A stretch of DNA of 64,000 nt from Promethearchaeota archaeon (lineage in GTDB: Archaea > Asgardarchaeota > Lokiarchaeia > Sigyniarchaeales > SOKP01): NCBI GenBank assembly GCA_011364925.1, contig RDOA01000005.1, positions 56,898 to 120,897 of the forward strand. The letters run 5' to 3'. The notes beneath the pieces are model-generated. The model worked only from the letters and a program-made list of their open reading frames with translations, was not told the DNA's origin and ran no database searches. Shown here piece by piece: positions 9,329 through 20,418 of this stretch (position 1 is the first letter of the stretch; the number at the start of each line of letters is the position of its first letter). Both the position numbers and the translations under genes were made by a program.

Positions 9329-9799
9329 TTATAATAGGCTTATTGTATCCGAATTAAAAAGTTCTTTTAATTCTTTATTCATTTCTCCCGTTTCTTCTTG
9401 GAGATACCTGTCTAAAACAGTAGAAATCTTTTTAGAATATCTTTTCATTAAAGCCCTCACAAGCCCTATTTGGATGTTTTTATCTGTAGCAATACATAAT
9501 ACACCCTTTCCAACCTTGAGGGAGAAGATCATACCTTTAAAATATTCTGTGATTTGCAAATGAATATTTCCATATCCAAGTATGTATCCTTGTTCTTCTC
9601 CAGCAGTAAAAACAGCGCCTCCAATCGCTCCAATCTTTTCTACAGAGAGGTCATCTTCGTTTTTCAAGATGAACTTTGATTCACTCATGATGGTTATTCC
9701 CGTATCGTCTATAATTATAGCATATTTTAAGCCTGGAGTGCTATTAATAATTTCTTTTAAAAGATTTTTTAAAATACGCTCATCTTGGGAATAACTCAA
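9329..9799 (-). CDS. Roadblock/LC7 (LAMTOR-like) protein
   Basis: YAIIIDDTGITI...IGAIGGAVF...GVLCIATD..IQIGLVR roadblock pattern. Confidence 0.82.
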   Translation of the reverse strand: MSYSQDERILKNLLKEIINSTPGLKYAIIIDDTGITIMSESKFILKNEDDLSVEKIGAIGGAVFTAGEEQGYILGYGNIHLQITEYFKGMIFSLKVGKGVLCIATDKNIQIGLVRALMKRYSKKISTVLDRYLQEETGEMNKELKELFNSDTISLL

Positions 9800-9971
9800 T
9801 TATTATCACCTGTTATTTTTCAACCTAATAGGGCTAATATTCAATGTATCTTATTATTTTAATAAGAAATTATTTAAAGTAAACTGGAGTTGCTTATTTA
9901 CTTAATAATGAAATAAAATTATAGCTTTAAAAACTTAATTCTCCTAAATTAATTTTATGTTCCATAACAGA

Positions 9972-10346
9972 TTAAAATAATTCTTGCGCTCTAATTAGCG
10001 TTTTTAAGGGTTTTACTCCACTTTTATTATAATTTGACTTTTCTAATAGAATAAATAGTCTGATCCTCTTCGCTTTATCAATATCAAATTTCAATTGAAC
10101 CAAGTTTGGATCATTAAGTAAGTCTTTATTTTCTTTGTTTTTAGTAACTGCCCATAGTGCTAATTTGTTTTCATGAATCCAAAGTCGTTTTGAGATGTCT
10201 GACCCTATTGGAAATCCATTTTTGTCCGTTATCACCCCCGCAACAAAGTTTGGGAAGTAATTTTTGATTTGTTTTAAAAAATAATTGACCTCAATTTGAT
10301 TAATAAGCCTGTTATTCTCTCGTTTCATATAATCATACCTACACAA
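9972..10346 (-). CDS. Divergent roadblock-like protein
   Basis: FVAGVITDKNGFPIGS motif. Confidence 0.55.
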   Translation of the reverse strand: MCRYDYMKRENNRLINQIEVNYFLKQIKNYFPNFVAGVITDKNGFPIGSDISKRLWIHENKLALWAVTKNKENKDLLNDPNLVQLKFDIDKAKRIRLFILLEKSNYNKSGVKPLKTLIRAQELF

Positions 10347-10483
10347 ATCAATTGATCTATAAAATTAATTTTAGTAAAAAGTCATTAATTAGTATGATAT
10401 CGTGATATTATTCCCTTGTAAATAACGTACATTTAAGATCGAATAACCTTCCCTTGAAAAAGTAGGAGTTTGTATAGAGTTAA

Positions 10484-11440
10484 TTACTTTTTATTGATTC
10501 CAAGATCTAGATTCTCAATTAATTCTTGAAATCTATTTCGGACAGTAACCTCTGTCACTTGGGACACTTTAGCAATTATTCTTTGAGTTCTTCGCTCATC
10601 AGTCAAGATGCTTGCAGCGTAGATCGCCGCCGCACATACTCCAGTTGGTCCCCGACCTGAAGTTAATCCTCTTATTTCAGCCATTTTAATAACTTTTTTA
10701 GCCATTTTATGGCATTGTGTAGAAAGTCCTAACTCAGATACAAACCGAGTTAGAAAATCCATAGGTTTGGTTGGATTTAGATTTAATTCTAACTCTTTAG
10801 AGATAAATCTGTAGGACCTTCCAATTTCCTTTTTGTTAACTCGAGCAACATCAGCAATTTCATTTAAAGTGCGAGGTACTTTATACATTCTGCATGCTGC
10901 ATACAAACTTGCTGCTGCAACACCTTCAATACTCCGCCCCCTTATTAAATGCGCTTCAACAGCATCTCTATAAATTTTTGCAGAACATTCGCGAAGATTT
11001 TTTTGAAGATCGAGATTTGAAGCCATTCGATCTAATTCACTTAAAGCAAAGGTTAGATTTCTTTCTGTAGCGTCTGACACTCTAATTCTCGATTGCCATT
11101 TTCTTAAACGGTAAATTTGACCTCTAATTTTCGCCGAAATTTCTTTACCAAAAATATCCCTATTTTTCCAGTCAATCATTGTACTGAGTCCTTTGTCATG
11201 AATCATATATGTCATAGGCGCTCCAGTTCTAGTTCGTTTCTTTTTTTGATCAGAGTCAAATGCACGCCATTCTGGACCCTGATCTATATGTTTTTCACTG
11301 TGAACTAAACCACATTTTTCACAGACTAACAAACCTCTGTTTTCATCAAATAATATATTTTGACCACACTCACTACATATTTCATGACTACGGTCAGTAT
11401 TCTCTTCTAAGAAAGCATTACTTTGATTCCAACTTGAAAT
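10484..11440 (-). CDS. tfb: Transcription initiation factor IIB (318 aa; ATT start)
   Basis: GPEWRAF, cyclin repeats; the complete Zn ribbon CSEC...CEKC needs 36 codons upstream of the ORF-track start. Confidence 0.95.
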   Translation of the reverse strand: MSSWNQSNAFLEENTDRSHEICSECGQNILFDENRGLLVCEKCGLVHSEKHIDQGPEWRAFDSDQKKKRTRTGAPMTYMIHDKGLSTMIDWKNRDIFGKEISAKIRGQIYRLRKWQSRIRVSDATERNLTFALSELDRMASNLDLQKNLRECSAKIYRDAVEAHLIRGRSIEGVAAASLYAACRMYKVPRTLNEIADVARVNKKEIGRSYRFISKELELNLNPTKPMDFLTRFVSELGLSTQCHKMAKKVIKMAEIRGLTSGRGPTGVCAAAIYAASILTDERRTQRIIAKVSQVTEVTVRNRFQELIENLDLGINKK

Positions 11441-11491
11441 AGCTTACTCCCTCTTAAAGATTGGTTCTTTAATAGAAAGGTTTCATTGATT

Positions 11492-11740
11492 CTAACGCAT
11501 TTTTGCGTAAAGGTTACCACTTGGATTAAAGTTCATACTGGGAATAATTTTCATTGAGATGAATGGGAGAGTTATTGGTCCAAAGATTTCTTTAATAAAA
11601 CCAATTTCAACAAATTCTTCTGTGAAAACTGGTTTGTTGGAAATCTTTTCTAGGCTTTTATTCCATTTCTTTGCTCTAAATATATGATGTTTTTTAGACA
11701 TTCCGAGATAATTTAGGTTCAGTTTTATATATTTTTGCAA
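11492..11740 (-). CDS. gar1: Gar1/Naf1 family H/ACA RNP subunit
   Basis: IGFIKEIFGPITLPF motif; conserved gar1-tfb linkage. Confidence 0.8.
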   Translation of the reverse strand: MQKYIKLNLNYLGMSKKHHIFRAKKWNKSLEKISNKPVFTEEFVEIGFIKEIFGPITLPFISMKIIPSMNFNPSGNLYAKMR

Positions 11741-11874
11741 GCAACGACCCTAACTATTGTTTAAATTATGAAATAATAAATCTATGGTAGATATTTAAAT
11801 ATAACTTTTTTTAAAAAAGGAGGTTAAGGATGAAGTCTTTTTGTAAGATGTGCTCTATTAAACTTAGAATAAAT

Positions 11875-12978
11875 CTAAATAAAATACTTCTGTAACTGAT
11901 ATTTTAACAAGCAATTACAAGGAACTTCTGATTTAATTTTTATCAAACAGTTAACATCTTGAGTTAGAACAAATTCTTCTAGCGTTTTGCTCATTAAGGT
12001 GTTACATTCTCTTTTTAGACAATTGTGAATACCTTTCTTAGTTCCTGCACCTGAAGGAGAAGAAATAATTCTTACTGATTTTAATACATCGTTATCTCTA
12101 TATGCCTTTATCAAACATTTAAACAACGAGTAAAACCACGGAGGTCGATATCTATTCTGATAAAAAAGATATTCAACAAGAGAGTTCTTCTGAATATTTA
12201 AAGGATTAATTGAAATAGTATTTACTTTCAACTTTGCTAACGCTAGGATAGACTCAACGCAGTCTTCTATCGCAGTCTGCTCATTTAGGAATGGTGGCTT
12301 GAATAGCAAATATACTCTAACTCCGATATCGTGCTCGCTACAAAGTTGGAGCGCATTTAAGAAATCTTTAAAATTTAAACCTTTATTAATGTAATTGTTT
12401 CTTATGTAATCATTTACGGTTTCTAAACCAATCGCAACTTCAGTGTATTTATTTGGTAAGACTTTTTTTATCTTTTTTAATTTTTCGACAGTTATATATT
12501 CGACTCGGGATTCAACCACAATTTCGATAATTTTAGGTATCGTTGCTATTTTCTTGTAAATAAATTCTCGAACTTCTTCTGATATTTCGTTATCATCAAA
12601 AAAGCTTCCAGAATTAAAAATTTTGATAATAAAATCATCTTCATCTGTTATAATATCATTTAACTTCTCTTTGAAGGCATAATCTATTTGATTCATTATG
12701 TGAATTTGGTCTATTTTTTCTATTGTAGAATCTTGGATGTATCCACACATAGAACAACCCCCAGAATCCCCTAAAGCCCAGCTACAGCCTTTGGTTCTTA
12801 AAATTATAGTGAATTCCTTACCTTTTTTTTTTAATAATCTATCTTCTTTTATCCAGAAACTTACCGGCTTATCTAATTGTATCTGTGTAAAACTTTTTTT
12901 GCCTTTTATTGATTTAAATCTAAAATCTTTAATTTTTTCAATGAGTTGTAAATTTATATTAAATTTTTTCGTAGACAT
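11875..12978 (-). CDS. Archaeosine biosynthesis radical SAM protein RaSEA
   Basis: ILRTKGCSW..GGCSMCGY, NSGSFFD, LLFKPPFL, YRPPW. Confidence 0.88.
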   Translation of the reverse strand: MSTKKFNINLQLIEKIKDFRFKSIKGKKSFTQIQLDKPVSFWIKEDRLLKKKGKEFTIILRTKGCSWALGDSGGCSMCGYIQDSTIEKIDQIHIMNQIDYAFKEKLNDIITDEDDFIIKIFNSGSFFDDNEISEEVREFIYKKIATIPKIIEIVVESRVEYITVEKLKKIKKVLPNKYTEVAIGLETVNDYIRNNYINKGLNFKDFLNALQLCSEHDIGVRVYLLFKPPFLNEQTAIEDCVESILALAKLKVNTISINPLNIQKNSLVEYLFYQNRYRPPWFYSLFKCLIKAYRDNDVLKSVRIISSPSGAGTKKGIHNCLKRECNTLMSKTLEEFVLTQDVNCLIKIKSEVPCNCLLKYQLQKYFI

Positions 12979-15046
12979 TTAGAATCTTACCTGTTTTAGA
13001 ATTCTTAATATAATTTGAACCTACAATTAAACTGCCTAATCCAATCAAACTTTCTTCTTGTTTATTAAATATTAAAACAATATCCTTTGGTACGAGATTT
13101 TGACTGAAATCAATAATTCCTGGGCGAAATAAAGTGTTTCCATTGATGTGTTCCCCGTCAAATACAATAATATTCTTCTTTTCTTCGAATGGTAATAACC
13201 TATTTGCGCCGTCAAGACTTAATTCAATTTGACCCGATTTATTATTGAAATTACCTAGTTTCTTTCGATTTTTTTGATCTATTATTTCAATCTGATCATT
13301 ATTTTTATTTTTCCATGTCTTTATCCCATTGAGAAATATATTGTTTCCCGATTTTGGACCAAATTGATAATCAATTATTTTAATAAACTTACGAGTCCAA
13401 GTTTTCAAGAAGTTTTTATTTTCAGGAATATTAAGTTCAAGTCCGGCGGACTCTTTTAAAGACTTTATTTTCTTCTCGAAAGACAGCAAAGAATCCTTAT
13501 TTGTAAGATTTCCTTCAATATCACTAAAATAAAATTTATGGTTTAATTGCCTCTTAGCTTCGTCTACTATTTCTAAGTATCCTGAGTCCTTTAAGTGACA
13601 CAATACAGGAATTCTATCGTCATACTTCTTCAATAAGGAAATGAGCATATTTGAGGCAATCTCTATTTCTTCCTTATCCCATTCTCCTGTCACAGAGATA
13701 TCATAAGAATTAACTGGATAAATATTTTCTAGTTGTCTTGGGATTGCTCCCAGTGGCGAAGTTATAATAATTTCTTGAAAATCTGGAAAATCTGGAAATT
13801 TTCTTATTACACTTTGAAATTTCCTATGGGATTTCGATTCGGAGTAAGGCTTTTTTGCTGAACACGGTAAAAGTATAATTAATTTCGTCCATACTTCCGG
13901 TGTAAAGTTCTTTATAACGCGATCCCGGAATTCTTGGAAATCTGGTCTGCAATACGAAGAGAGCCCAAAACTTTTAATAACTTTACTTGTTTGAGTAATT
14001 GGGGTCTCAAATCTCAATACATTAAAATATTGCTTATCAAGTATTCTTAAAGTAGAGATAATATTTACATCATCAAAGGTAGATTTTTCAATAAAACCTC
14101 TAAAATCTTCAATCCTCATGTATAATTTAATTTTATGCATATATGTGTATGCTGAAATAATATTGTGAAGAGTTAATTGTTCCAACTTTTCAGATGAATA
14201 TTTGTCAGTAAGATTGTATTTTAAACTTCGCTTACAAATAGCGCACGAACAAGGAAAATATTTTATTTTGTAAATTGGAAGTAAATATTCGATAGTATCG
14301 TAGAAATTTTCAGTTGATAAATACAATAAATAAGAACAATCTATAAGATCAATCCCAAGGTAGATTAAAATCGGATAATATTTCGGGATAATTCTGCCAG
14401 AAGCCATTAAAACTAGGTTATTATCGAGTTCTTTTTTGATTTTAAATATCACGCTTAATATTTGCCTAAAATTACTAAAGTTGTCAAAAAGATCTACTAA
14501 ATTAAGTATTCTCACATTCTCATTATTCTTAATTAAAGGAATGTAAAGATCAAATAACTCATAATATTCATAGATCTTAATAGATAATCCAAAATCTAAA
14601 CCATTATATTTTTTTAGAATTTCATTAGATTCACTTATAAAATTATTAATTTCTTCTATAGCAAATTCCTTGTTAATTGCCGTTGTCGCAATATTGAATG
14701 GGATAGAAGGTATAATGTTATCTTCTTGAAAGATATCAACATTAGAAGCTAATTTTTCCTTAAAAAACTCCATTGAACCATTATGTGTGTATATGAAACC
14801 AGTTTGTTTGAATTTGTCTCTTAAAAATTCTATCTTTAAATAAAAATCTTTTAAAATTAGGAATATTTCGTGATCTTCAAATTCCTCAAGAAAGTTAACA
14901 TTATTCATTAAACTTTTCTTCATCGGAACAATAATATTCGGCGTCGATATAAACTTTTTCGTCTCTTTTGAACATACTATTCTTCCGATTCTTGAGAACC
15001 CTACGCTTTTTGTAAGTAATTCAAAAAAGTAATTCATGGTTTTCAA
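12959..15046 (-). CDS. arcS: Archaeosine synthase alpha subunit (TgtA2/ArcS; TGT + PUA)
   Basis: LLPCSAKKPYSESKSH, TSPLGAIPR, YDISVTGEW; C-terminal PUA domain. Confidence 0.85.
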   Translation of the reverse strand: MKTMNYFFELLTKSVGFSRIGRIVCSKETKKFISTPNIIVPMKKSLMNNVNFLEEFEDHEIFLILKDFYLKIEFLRDKFKQTGFIYTHNGSMEFFKEKLASNVDIFQEDNIIPSIPFNIATTAINKEFAIEEINNFISESNEILKKYNGLDFGLSIKIYEYYELFDLYIPLIKNNENVRILNLVDLFDNFSNFRQILSVIFKIKKELDNNLVLMASGRIIPKYYPILIYLGIDLIDCSYLLYLSTENFYDTIEYLLPIYKIKYFPCSCAICKRSLKYNLTDKYSSEKLEQLTLHNIISAYTYMHKIKLYMRIEDFRGFIEKSTFDDVNIISTLRILDKQYFNVLRFETPITQTSKVIKSFGLSSYCRPDFQEFRDRVIKNFTPEVWTKLIILLPCSAKKPYSESKSHRKFQSVIRKFPDFPDFQEIIITSPLGAIPRQLENIYPVNSYDISVTGEWDKEEIEIASNMLISLLKKYDDRIPVLCHLKDSGYLEIVDEAKRQLNHKFYFSDIEGNLTNKDSLLSFEKKIKSLKESAGLELNIPENKNFLKTWTRKFIKIIDYQFGPKSGNNIFLNGIKTWKNKNNDQIEIIDQKNRKKLGNFNNKSGQIELSLDGANRLLPFEEKKNIIVFDGEHINGNTLFRPGIIDFSQNLVPKDIVLIFNKQEESLIGLGSLIVGSNYIKNSKTGKILNVYEKI

Positions 15047-15142
15047 TTAAAGATATTATTCTTTTGTAAATAAATTAATTTATTTCACTATTTTTATGTG
15101 TTTTTCCTCTTAAAGAAAAACTATTTTCAGAATATAGATTAC

Positions 15143-15730
15143 TTATTCTTCGATTTTGTAAATTCCTCGCTTATACATTTCAAAAAGTATTTTAGCTTCG
15201 TGAATTGCATCATCAACTGCTCGATGTTTTTCTGCATAATTAGTATTAGGAAAAATATTATCCCAAGCTTCTTGCATTTTGGGATTCTTGTACCCTCCTT
15301 TGGGATACATAATCTTACATGCTTCTTTTGCCACTGCCATAATGTCAGGGATATCTTTTTTTATAACAAAACCTCTCGATTCCATAAAGTCAAAATCGAA
15401 GGATGTGTTGTAAGCAGTTAACGAATAAAAATTCAATATTTCTTGTATGTCTTCTTTCACATTACTAAGATTAGGAGCTTTCTGAATTTCCTCAAACTTT
15501 AGATCGGAATTGTAAAATATCCATGCGTTTTTGTGATATTCTCCAAATTGTGATTCCTTTACTGGTGAATCGAATAAAATTTTAGTTTTCCCAGTTCTTA
15601 AGTCAAGTTCAACGATTGCTATCTCAATAATTAATCCGTTTTCTGGTTTTAAATCTGTCGTTTCAATATCAATTATAGCAATTTTATCTTGGGATATGCT
15701 TTTGGCAAAATCAGTGATATCTCGAAATAT
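15143..15730 (-). CDS. DEDDh 3'-5' exonuclease (195 aa; ATA start)
   Basis: The extended frame contains ExoI IDIETT, ExoII AYNTSFD and ExoIII HRAVDDA. Confidence 0.85.
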   Translation of the reverse strand: MFRDITDFAKSISQDKIAIIDIETTDLKPENGLIIEIAIVELDLRTGKTKILFDSPVKESQFGEYHKNAWIFYNSDLKFEEIQKAPNLSNVKEDIQEILNFYSLTAYNTSFDFDFMESRGFVIKKDIPDIMAVAKEACKIMYPKGGYKNPKMQEAWDNIFPNTNYAEKHRAVDDAIHEAKILFEMYKRGIYKIEE

Positions 15731-15847
15731 ATCAAACTCCTCGAAGGGTTAATGTTTTCTCTAATTTAGTTTATATAATATTGATATTCATCTTAATAAG
15801 AAAAATCTAATTGAAATGAAATATAACTCAATAGAGAGTGACTTAAT

Positions 15848-16834
15848 TTATTGAATGATAAAATTTGTGTAGATCTTTAGTTCATCTAGAACAAAACTTG
15901 TAAAGGTGTCTTCTATTTCGTCGGATTGGTAAATTTTTCTTATGAATTCTGCGTAGTCTTCTACGTTTTTTACTCGAACTATAGCAAATAAACCGTGCTG
16001 TTCCCCTATTCTAAAAAGATCGGTTATAAAGTTATTTTTCACCAAATTCAGAGCTATTTCGTTATATTTTGACGGATCTTTAGGTTTGATTCTTACAAGA
16101 TATTTCCCTTTGAATCCAACTTTTTTAGGAGAGAAGTTGAGAGCGTAATTGAGAATTACGTTCTTCCCTTCAAGCTTCTTCATTCTGTTATGAATTGTAG
16201 ATTGAGAGATTTCATTTTTATTTAGTTTGCTTAAAAATTCTTTATATTTATCATTAATTATATCCTTAATTTCGTAAGTCGAGATAGGTTTTAGATTTTG
16301 ATTCTCTTGCATTATTTTTAAGATAACATAATCGATGTTATCAATTTCGAAATTTGGGTCAATTTCATTATCATTTAATTCAATACCATTAGTTTTAAAC
16401 ACTTTAATGGTTTCAATTATATGATACTTCTTAAAATATGATTGAGCCATTATTTTATCTATAATACTTAAAACTTGGTAATATTCCTCAGAGGAATGAA
16501 ATATAAGTAATGCGAATAGAGAATATTCCCCTAAAATTCCATCAAGAATTTGTAATTGGGAGATTTTTAACAACTTTTCTAAAAGTTCTGGTTCTTTGGG
16601 ATTGGTTTTAATTTCCAATAATACGTATTTGAGGTTAATTGGACGGATGTTTGGATTAATATTAATCGTAAAATTGCTAATTATTTTTTCTTTATTCAGA
16701 TCATCAAATCGTTTTTTAATTGTCTGTCTAGTATAGCCTAAAACCTGTGAAAGCTTGGTTATTACGTATTTAGATTTACTATTGAAACTTTTTATAAGAT
16801 TGAGATTTTTTATATCATCTTTGACTTCGGTCAT
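15848..16834 (-). CDS. Tandem Lrp/AsnC transcriptional regulator
   Basis: Two HTH+RAM units; divergent from ahcY. Confidence 0.8.
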   Translation of the reverse strand: MTEVKDDIKNLNLIKSFNSKSKYVITKLSQVLGYTRQTIKKRFDDLNKEKIISNFTININPNIRPINLKYVLLEIKTNPKEPELLEKLLKISQLQILDGILGEYSLFALLIFHSSEEYYQVLSIIDKIMAQSYFKKYHIIETIKVFKTNGIELNDNEIDPNFEIDNIDYVILKIMQENQNLKPISTYEIKDIINDKYKEFLSKLNKNEISQSTIHNRMKKLEGKNVILNYALNFSPKKVGFKGKYLVRIKPKDPSKYNEIALNLVKNNFITDLFRIGEQHGLFAIVRVKNVEDYAEFIRKIYQSDEIEDTFTSFVLDELKIYTNFIIQ

Positions 16835-16965
16835 ACATGTATAATAATTAGAATGTTATTTAAATGTTAATATTCTTAGAAATAGTTCACCTTTTGACCA
16901 ATGATATATTTAAATTATTATTTAAGTTATATACTTCATCAACGAAAATAATTTTAAGATGATTT

Positions 16966-18237
16966 GTGATGGTTAATTATAAAGTTGCAGATGAAAGCCT
17001 AGCTGAAAAAGGTAAGGAAGCGTTATATATCGCTGAATCAAAAATGCCAGTTACCGCTAAAGTTATTCGAGAACGATTCGCAAAAGAAAAGCCATTAAAG
17101 GGTATTACAATTGCAGGGTGTTTACACATCACTAAAGAAACTGCAAACCTTGCTCGTACATTAAAAGCTGGAGGTGCAGATGTGTATTTATGTGGTAGCA
17201 ATCCTTTATCAACCCAAGATGATGTCGCTGCAGCGTTAGTTCAAGAAGACATTAATGTGTTTGCATGGCATGGAAATACAGACGAGGAATTTTATTGGTG
17301 TATTCGCGAATGCTTGAAAGCAAATCCAAATGTTCTAATTGACGATGGAGCAGATATGATTGTGACTGCTCATAAAGAATTTCCTGAATTGATTCAAAAT
17401 GGTACTATTATCGCGTGTCAAGAAGAAACAACAACAGGCGTGAAAAGGTTTAAAGCGATGGATAAGCAAGGGGCTTTAAAAGTTCCATTATTTCCCGTTA
17501 ATGATGCCCGTTGCAAAAATCAATTTGATAACGAATTAGGAACGGGACAGGGAATTGTTGCAGCAATATATGGAATGCATGTATTATTCGCTGGAAAAAA
17601 TGTTATTGTGGCAGGATTCGGTCATTGCAGTAGCGGGATGGCATTGAGAGCACGTGGTTTGGGTGCAAATGTAATCGTTACTGAGATTGATCCGATTAAA
17701 GCACTCCAAGCTAAATTTGCTGGTTATCAAGTTATGCCTATTTCAGAGGCTTTACCCATTGCAGATATTATTTTAACTGCGACGGGATGCAAACATGTGA
17801 TATTACCTACAAAAGAAAATTTTGATGCTCTTAAAGATGGAGTCATTTTAGGTAATCTAGGACATTTTGACATTGAGATTCCAACTAAGGAAATCTATGA
17901 ATACGCTAAAGAAATCAAGCCAATTAGGCAAAATGTTGAAGAATTAATTTTTCCGGATGGCAAAAGGATTTATTTGCTTGCAAAAGGAAGATTGGCGAAT
18001 TTAGTGCTCTCTGAGGGACATCCTGCTGAAGTAATGGATATGTCATTTAGTCTTCAATCTTTAATGTCAGAATATATTGTTAAAAATAAAGAAAAATTAA
18101 GACCAGGAATGATTGATATTCCCAGTGAAATTGATGACGAGGTTGGTTTCTTAAAACTCCAGTCCTTAGGCGTTGAGATTGACAAGCTTACGGATGAACA
18201 ATACAAATATATCCATGGCTACGAAGAGGGTACATAA
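16966..18237 (+). CDS. ahcY: Adenosylhomocysteinase
   Basis: GCLHIT, SNPLSTQD, EETTTG, GHFD, EGHPAEVMDMSF. Confidence 0.96.
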   Translation: MMVNYKVADESLAEKGKEALYIAESKMPVTAKVIRERFAKEKPLKGITIAGCLHITKETANLARTLKAGGADVYLCGSNPLSTQDDVAAALVQEDINVFAWHGNTDEEFYWCIRECLKANPNVLIDDGADMIVTAHKEFPELIQNGTIIACQEETTTGVKRFKAMDKQGALKVPLFPVNDARCKNQFDNELGTGQGIVAAIYGMHVLFAGKNVIVAGFGHCSSGMALRARGLGANVIVTEIDPIKALQAKFAGYQVMPISEALPIADIILTATGCKHVILPTKENFDALKDGVILGNLGHFDIEIPTKEIYEYAKEIKPIRQNVEELIFPDGKRIYLLAKGRLANLVLSEGHPAEVMDMSFSLQSLMSEYIVKNKEKLRPGMIDIPSEIDDEVGFLKLQSLGVEIDKLTDEQYKYIHGYEEGT

Positions 18238-18332
18238 ATTTGATAATTTAATTAGGTATTTTTTAATTTTTATTCTTTTTTAGTGTAATTTTTGAGTGAT
18301 TCTTGAGTATATCTGTAAAAAGCACTATTTTA

Positions 18333-19175
18333 TCATTTAATTAAAGGGGGTCCTCGAGCGATCCTTTTTTTAAAATTATCTAATGAATAACGTCCGGGCC
18401 ACATTGATTCAACAAACCAAGTTATCCCAACATCAAGATAATTATTAATCCATTCATCTTCATCTTTTATACCTGTTGAGGTAATAGATTTAATAATATC
18501 ATAAGAACCGAATGAACTTCTATATTGTTTTAAATAATTTACAATTTCTCTATAATCGTTTGGAGATAAATTTTCATCACCACTTATTTTGATTGGAAAC
18601 ACACCATCATATTTGGCTGCCCTCTGAAATGGTTTCTTATTGGGCCAAATCCCACCAACCCAAATGGGAATTTTCTCTTGATAAGGTTTTGGAAAGAATT
18701 CTACTTCTTTAATATTAAAATGCTTCCCTTTAAATGTAAAGCGTTTATTAGCCCATAACCCTTTTATTATTTGCAAAGATTCATCCAATTTTTCCCTCCT
18801 AATTATTGGATCAGTATTTTCTCCAAAATTACTGAACTCTGAACCAGCTCCTAAACCAACACCCAAAATTATTCTTCCTTTTGATAAGCGATCAAGAGTA
18901 GATACTTCTTTTGCAATTATCCATGGTCTTCTTCTTGCCAAAGGAGTGACTGTTGTTCCTAATTTAACTCTTTTTGTTTTTGCAGCAATTGCTGATAAAA
19001 TTATCCATGGATCTAAAAATGGTTGCGTTTTATTTGAGGATAAATAGACATGATCCCATAAGAAGAACCCATCCCAGCCATTATTCTCACTTAAAATTGC
19101 TAAATCAATATAATCTTGAGGATCATCAGTTATACCATAATTAGCAATATAAATTCCAAATTTATTTTTTGGCAT
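18333..19175 (-). CDS. LLM-class flavin-dependent oxidoreductase
   Basis: FFLWDH, LGTTVTPLARRRPW, LSKGRIILGVGLG. Confidence 0.85.
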   Translation of the reverse strand: MPKNKFGIYIANYGITDDPQDYIDLAILSENNGWDGFFLWDHVYLSSNKTQPFLDPWIILSAIAAKTKRVKLGTTVTPLARRRPWIIAKEVSTLDRLSKGRIILGVGLGAGSEFSNFGENTDPIIRREKLDESLQIIKGLWANKRFTFKGKHFNIKEVEFFPKPYQEKIPIWVGGIWPNKKPFQRAAKYDGVFPIKISGDENLSPNDYREIVNYLKQYRSSFGSYDIIKSITSTGIKDEDEWINNYLDVGITWFVESMWPGRYSLDNFKKRIARGPPLIK

Positions 19176-19403
19176 TATTAGAAGCGTTATTTTTTTTACA
19201 TTACCTTACCTTATAATGAAAGATTCAAATAATAATAAAGTGGGTTAAAAATTTCTATTTTCCTTAATGAAGGTTGTCTAATATATTTTGTATACATGTT
19301 ATCTTGTAATACGCTAAAACTTTAATCAATAGGAATTCAAATTGATGAATAATAACAATTACTTCTGAGAATTCGCAGTTAGGAAAATATCCACTTAATT
19401 TAA

Positions 19404-20342
19404 TTATCTTAATTTTGGGAGAATTTGCTCTCCAAATATTTTCAAGTTGTCAATAGATCCCATAAAAGTAAATACTTTTAAACCCCTATTGATCAACTCT
19501 TGCATCGCCTCAATGTGAGCTTCTGGTGTTGATGGAGAACTTTCGACGAACTTTTTTAATTCTTTTAATGTTTTATTACCTCTCATTTTTAACCTCATAG
19601 CACGTCTGGAAATATCTTCTTTTGTAGGATTAAGCCATAGTGTATATCCTGCAGCAATTCGAACCTCATTAGCGTCTCTCCCTAACTCTTTACATCTTTC
19701 AGATATTAGAAGTCTCCGATCCTCTAAGGCATCTAATGAAGGATCAAAAACACAATGAATAATATCAGCATAACGCGAAGCAATTTTAATAGTTAAATTG
19801 CCAAAAACTCCCGTCATTATTGGTACTTCTTTCTGAACTGGAAGTGGACTATTTAAAGTATTTTCAACAGAAAAAACATTCCCTTTATAAGTAGTATACT
19901 CATTACGCAACATTGAATGAACAATAGCTAATGTGTCTTCAAAACCTTGTATTCTTTCCTTAGCTGGAGGAAACCTCCCGTAAAATCCATTAAATTCAGC
20001 TTGATGCCACCCTGCACCAAGACCCATTATTAATCTTCCATTACTTATAATATCAACACTCGTTGCTATTTTTGCTAGTAATGTTGGTGCTCTATAACCA
20101 TAACATGATACCAACGGTCCTAACCGGATCTTCTTAGTGACTGCTGCAAGACCCGCTAGTAAACTCCAACATTCCAGAGGATGATTTTCCTTACCCGAGG
20201 GATTCATCATATTCATGAAATGATCAGTTGTTGTAAACAGATCAAGACCAATATCTTCAGCTGTTAAACAGATTTTTTTCATACTTTCGAAATTAAGACC
20301 CTCAGAAGGAACATGATAACCAAACCAAATATCATCATTCAT
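19404..20342 (-). CDS. LLM-class (probably F420-dependent) oxidoreductase
   Basis: DHF, LECW, ISNGRLIMGLGAGW. Confidence 0.85.
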   Translation of the reverse strand: MNDDIWFGYHVPSEGLNFESMKKICLTAEDIGLDLFTTTDHFMNMMNPSGKENHPLECWSLLAGLAAVTKKIRLGPLVSCYGYRAPTLLAKIATSVDIISNGRLIMGLGAGWHQAEFNGFYGRFPPAKERIQGFEDTLAIVHSMLRNEYTTYKGNVFSVENTLNSPLPVQKEVPIMTGVFGNLTIKIASRYADIIHCVFDPSLDALEDRRLLISERCKELGRDANEVRIAAGYTLWLNPTKEDISRRAMRLKMRGNKTLKELKKFVESSPSTPEAHIEAMQELINRGLKVFTFMGSIDNLKIFGEQILPKLR

Positions 20343-20388
20343 TTGATAACCCCATATTAAGTTGATACTTGTTTTTATTTTTAATTCA

Positions 20389-20418
20389 AGGTGTCCGTTC
20401 AGATTATCTAGGACACCT
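20389..20418. promoter_or_regulatory. Inverted repeat AGGTGTCC-N14-GGACACCT upstream of the LLM gene
   Basis: Perfect 8-bp GC-rich arms within an AT-rich spacer. Confidence 0.4.

Noticed and set aside
11875-15046. arcS-RaSEA pair as a novel system
   Set aside because: Established archaeosine pathway partners
15143-15460. Truncated exonuclease pseudogene
   Set aside because: The frame is open to 15730 with an intact ExoI motif; explained by an ATA start
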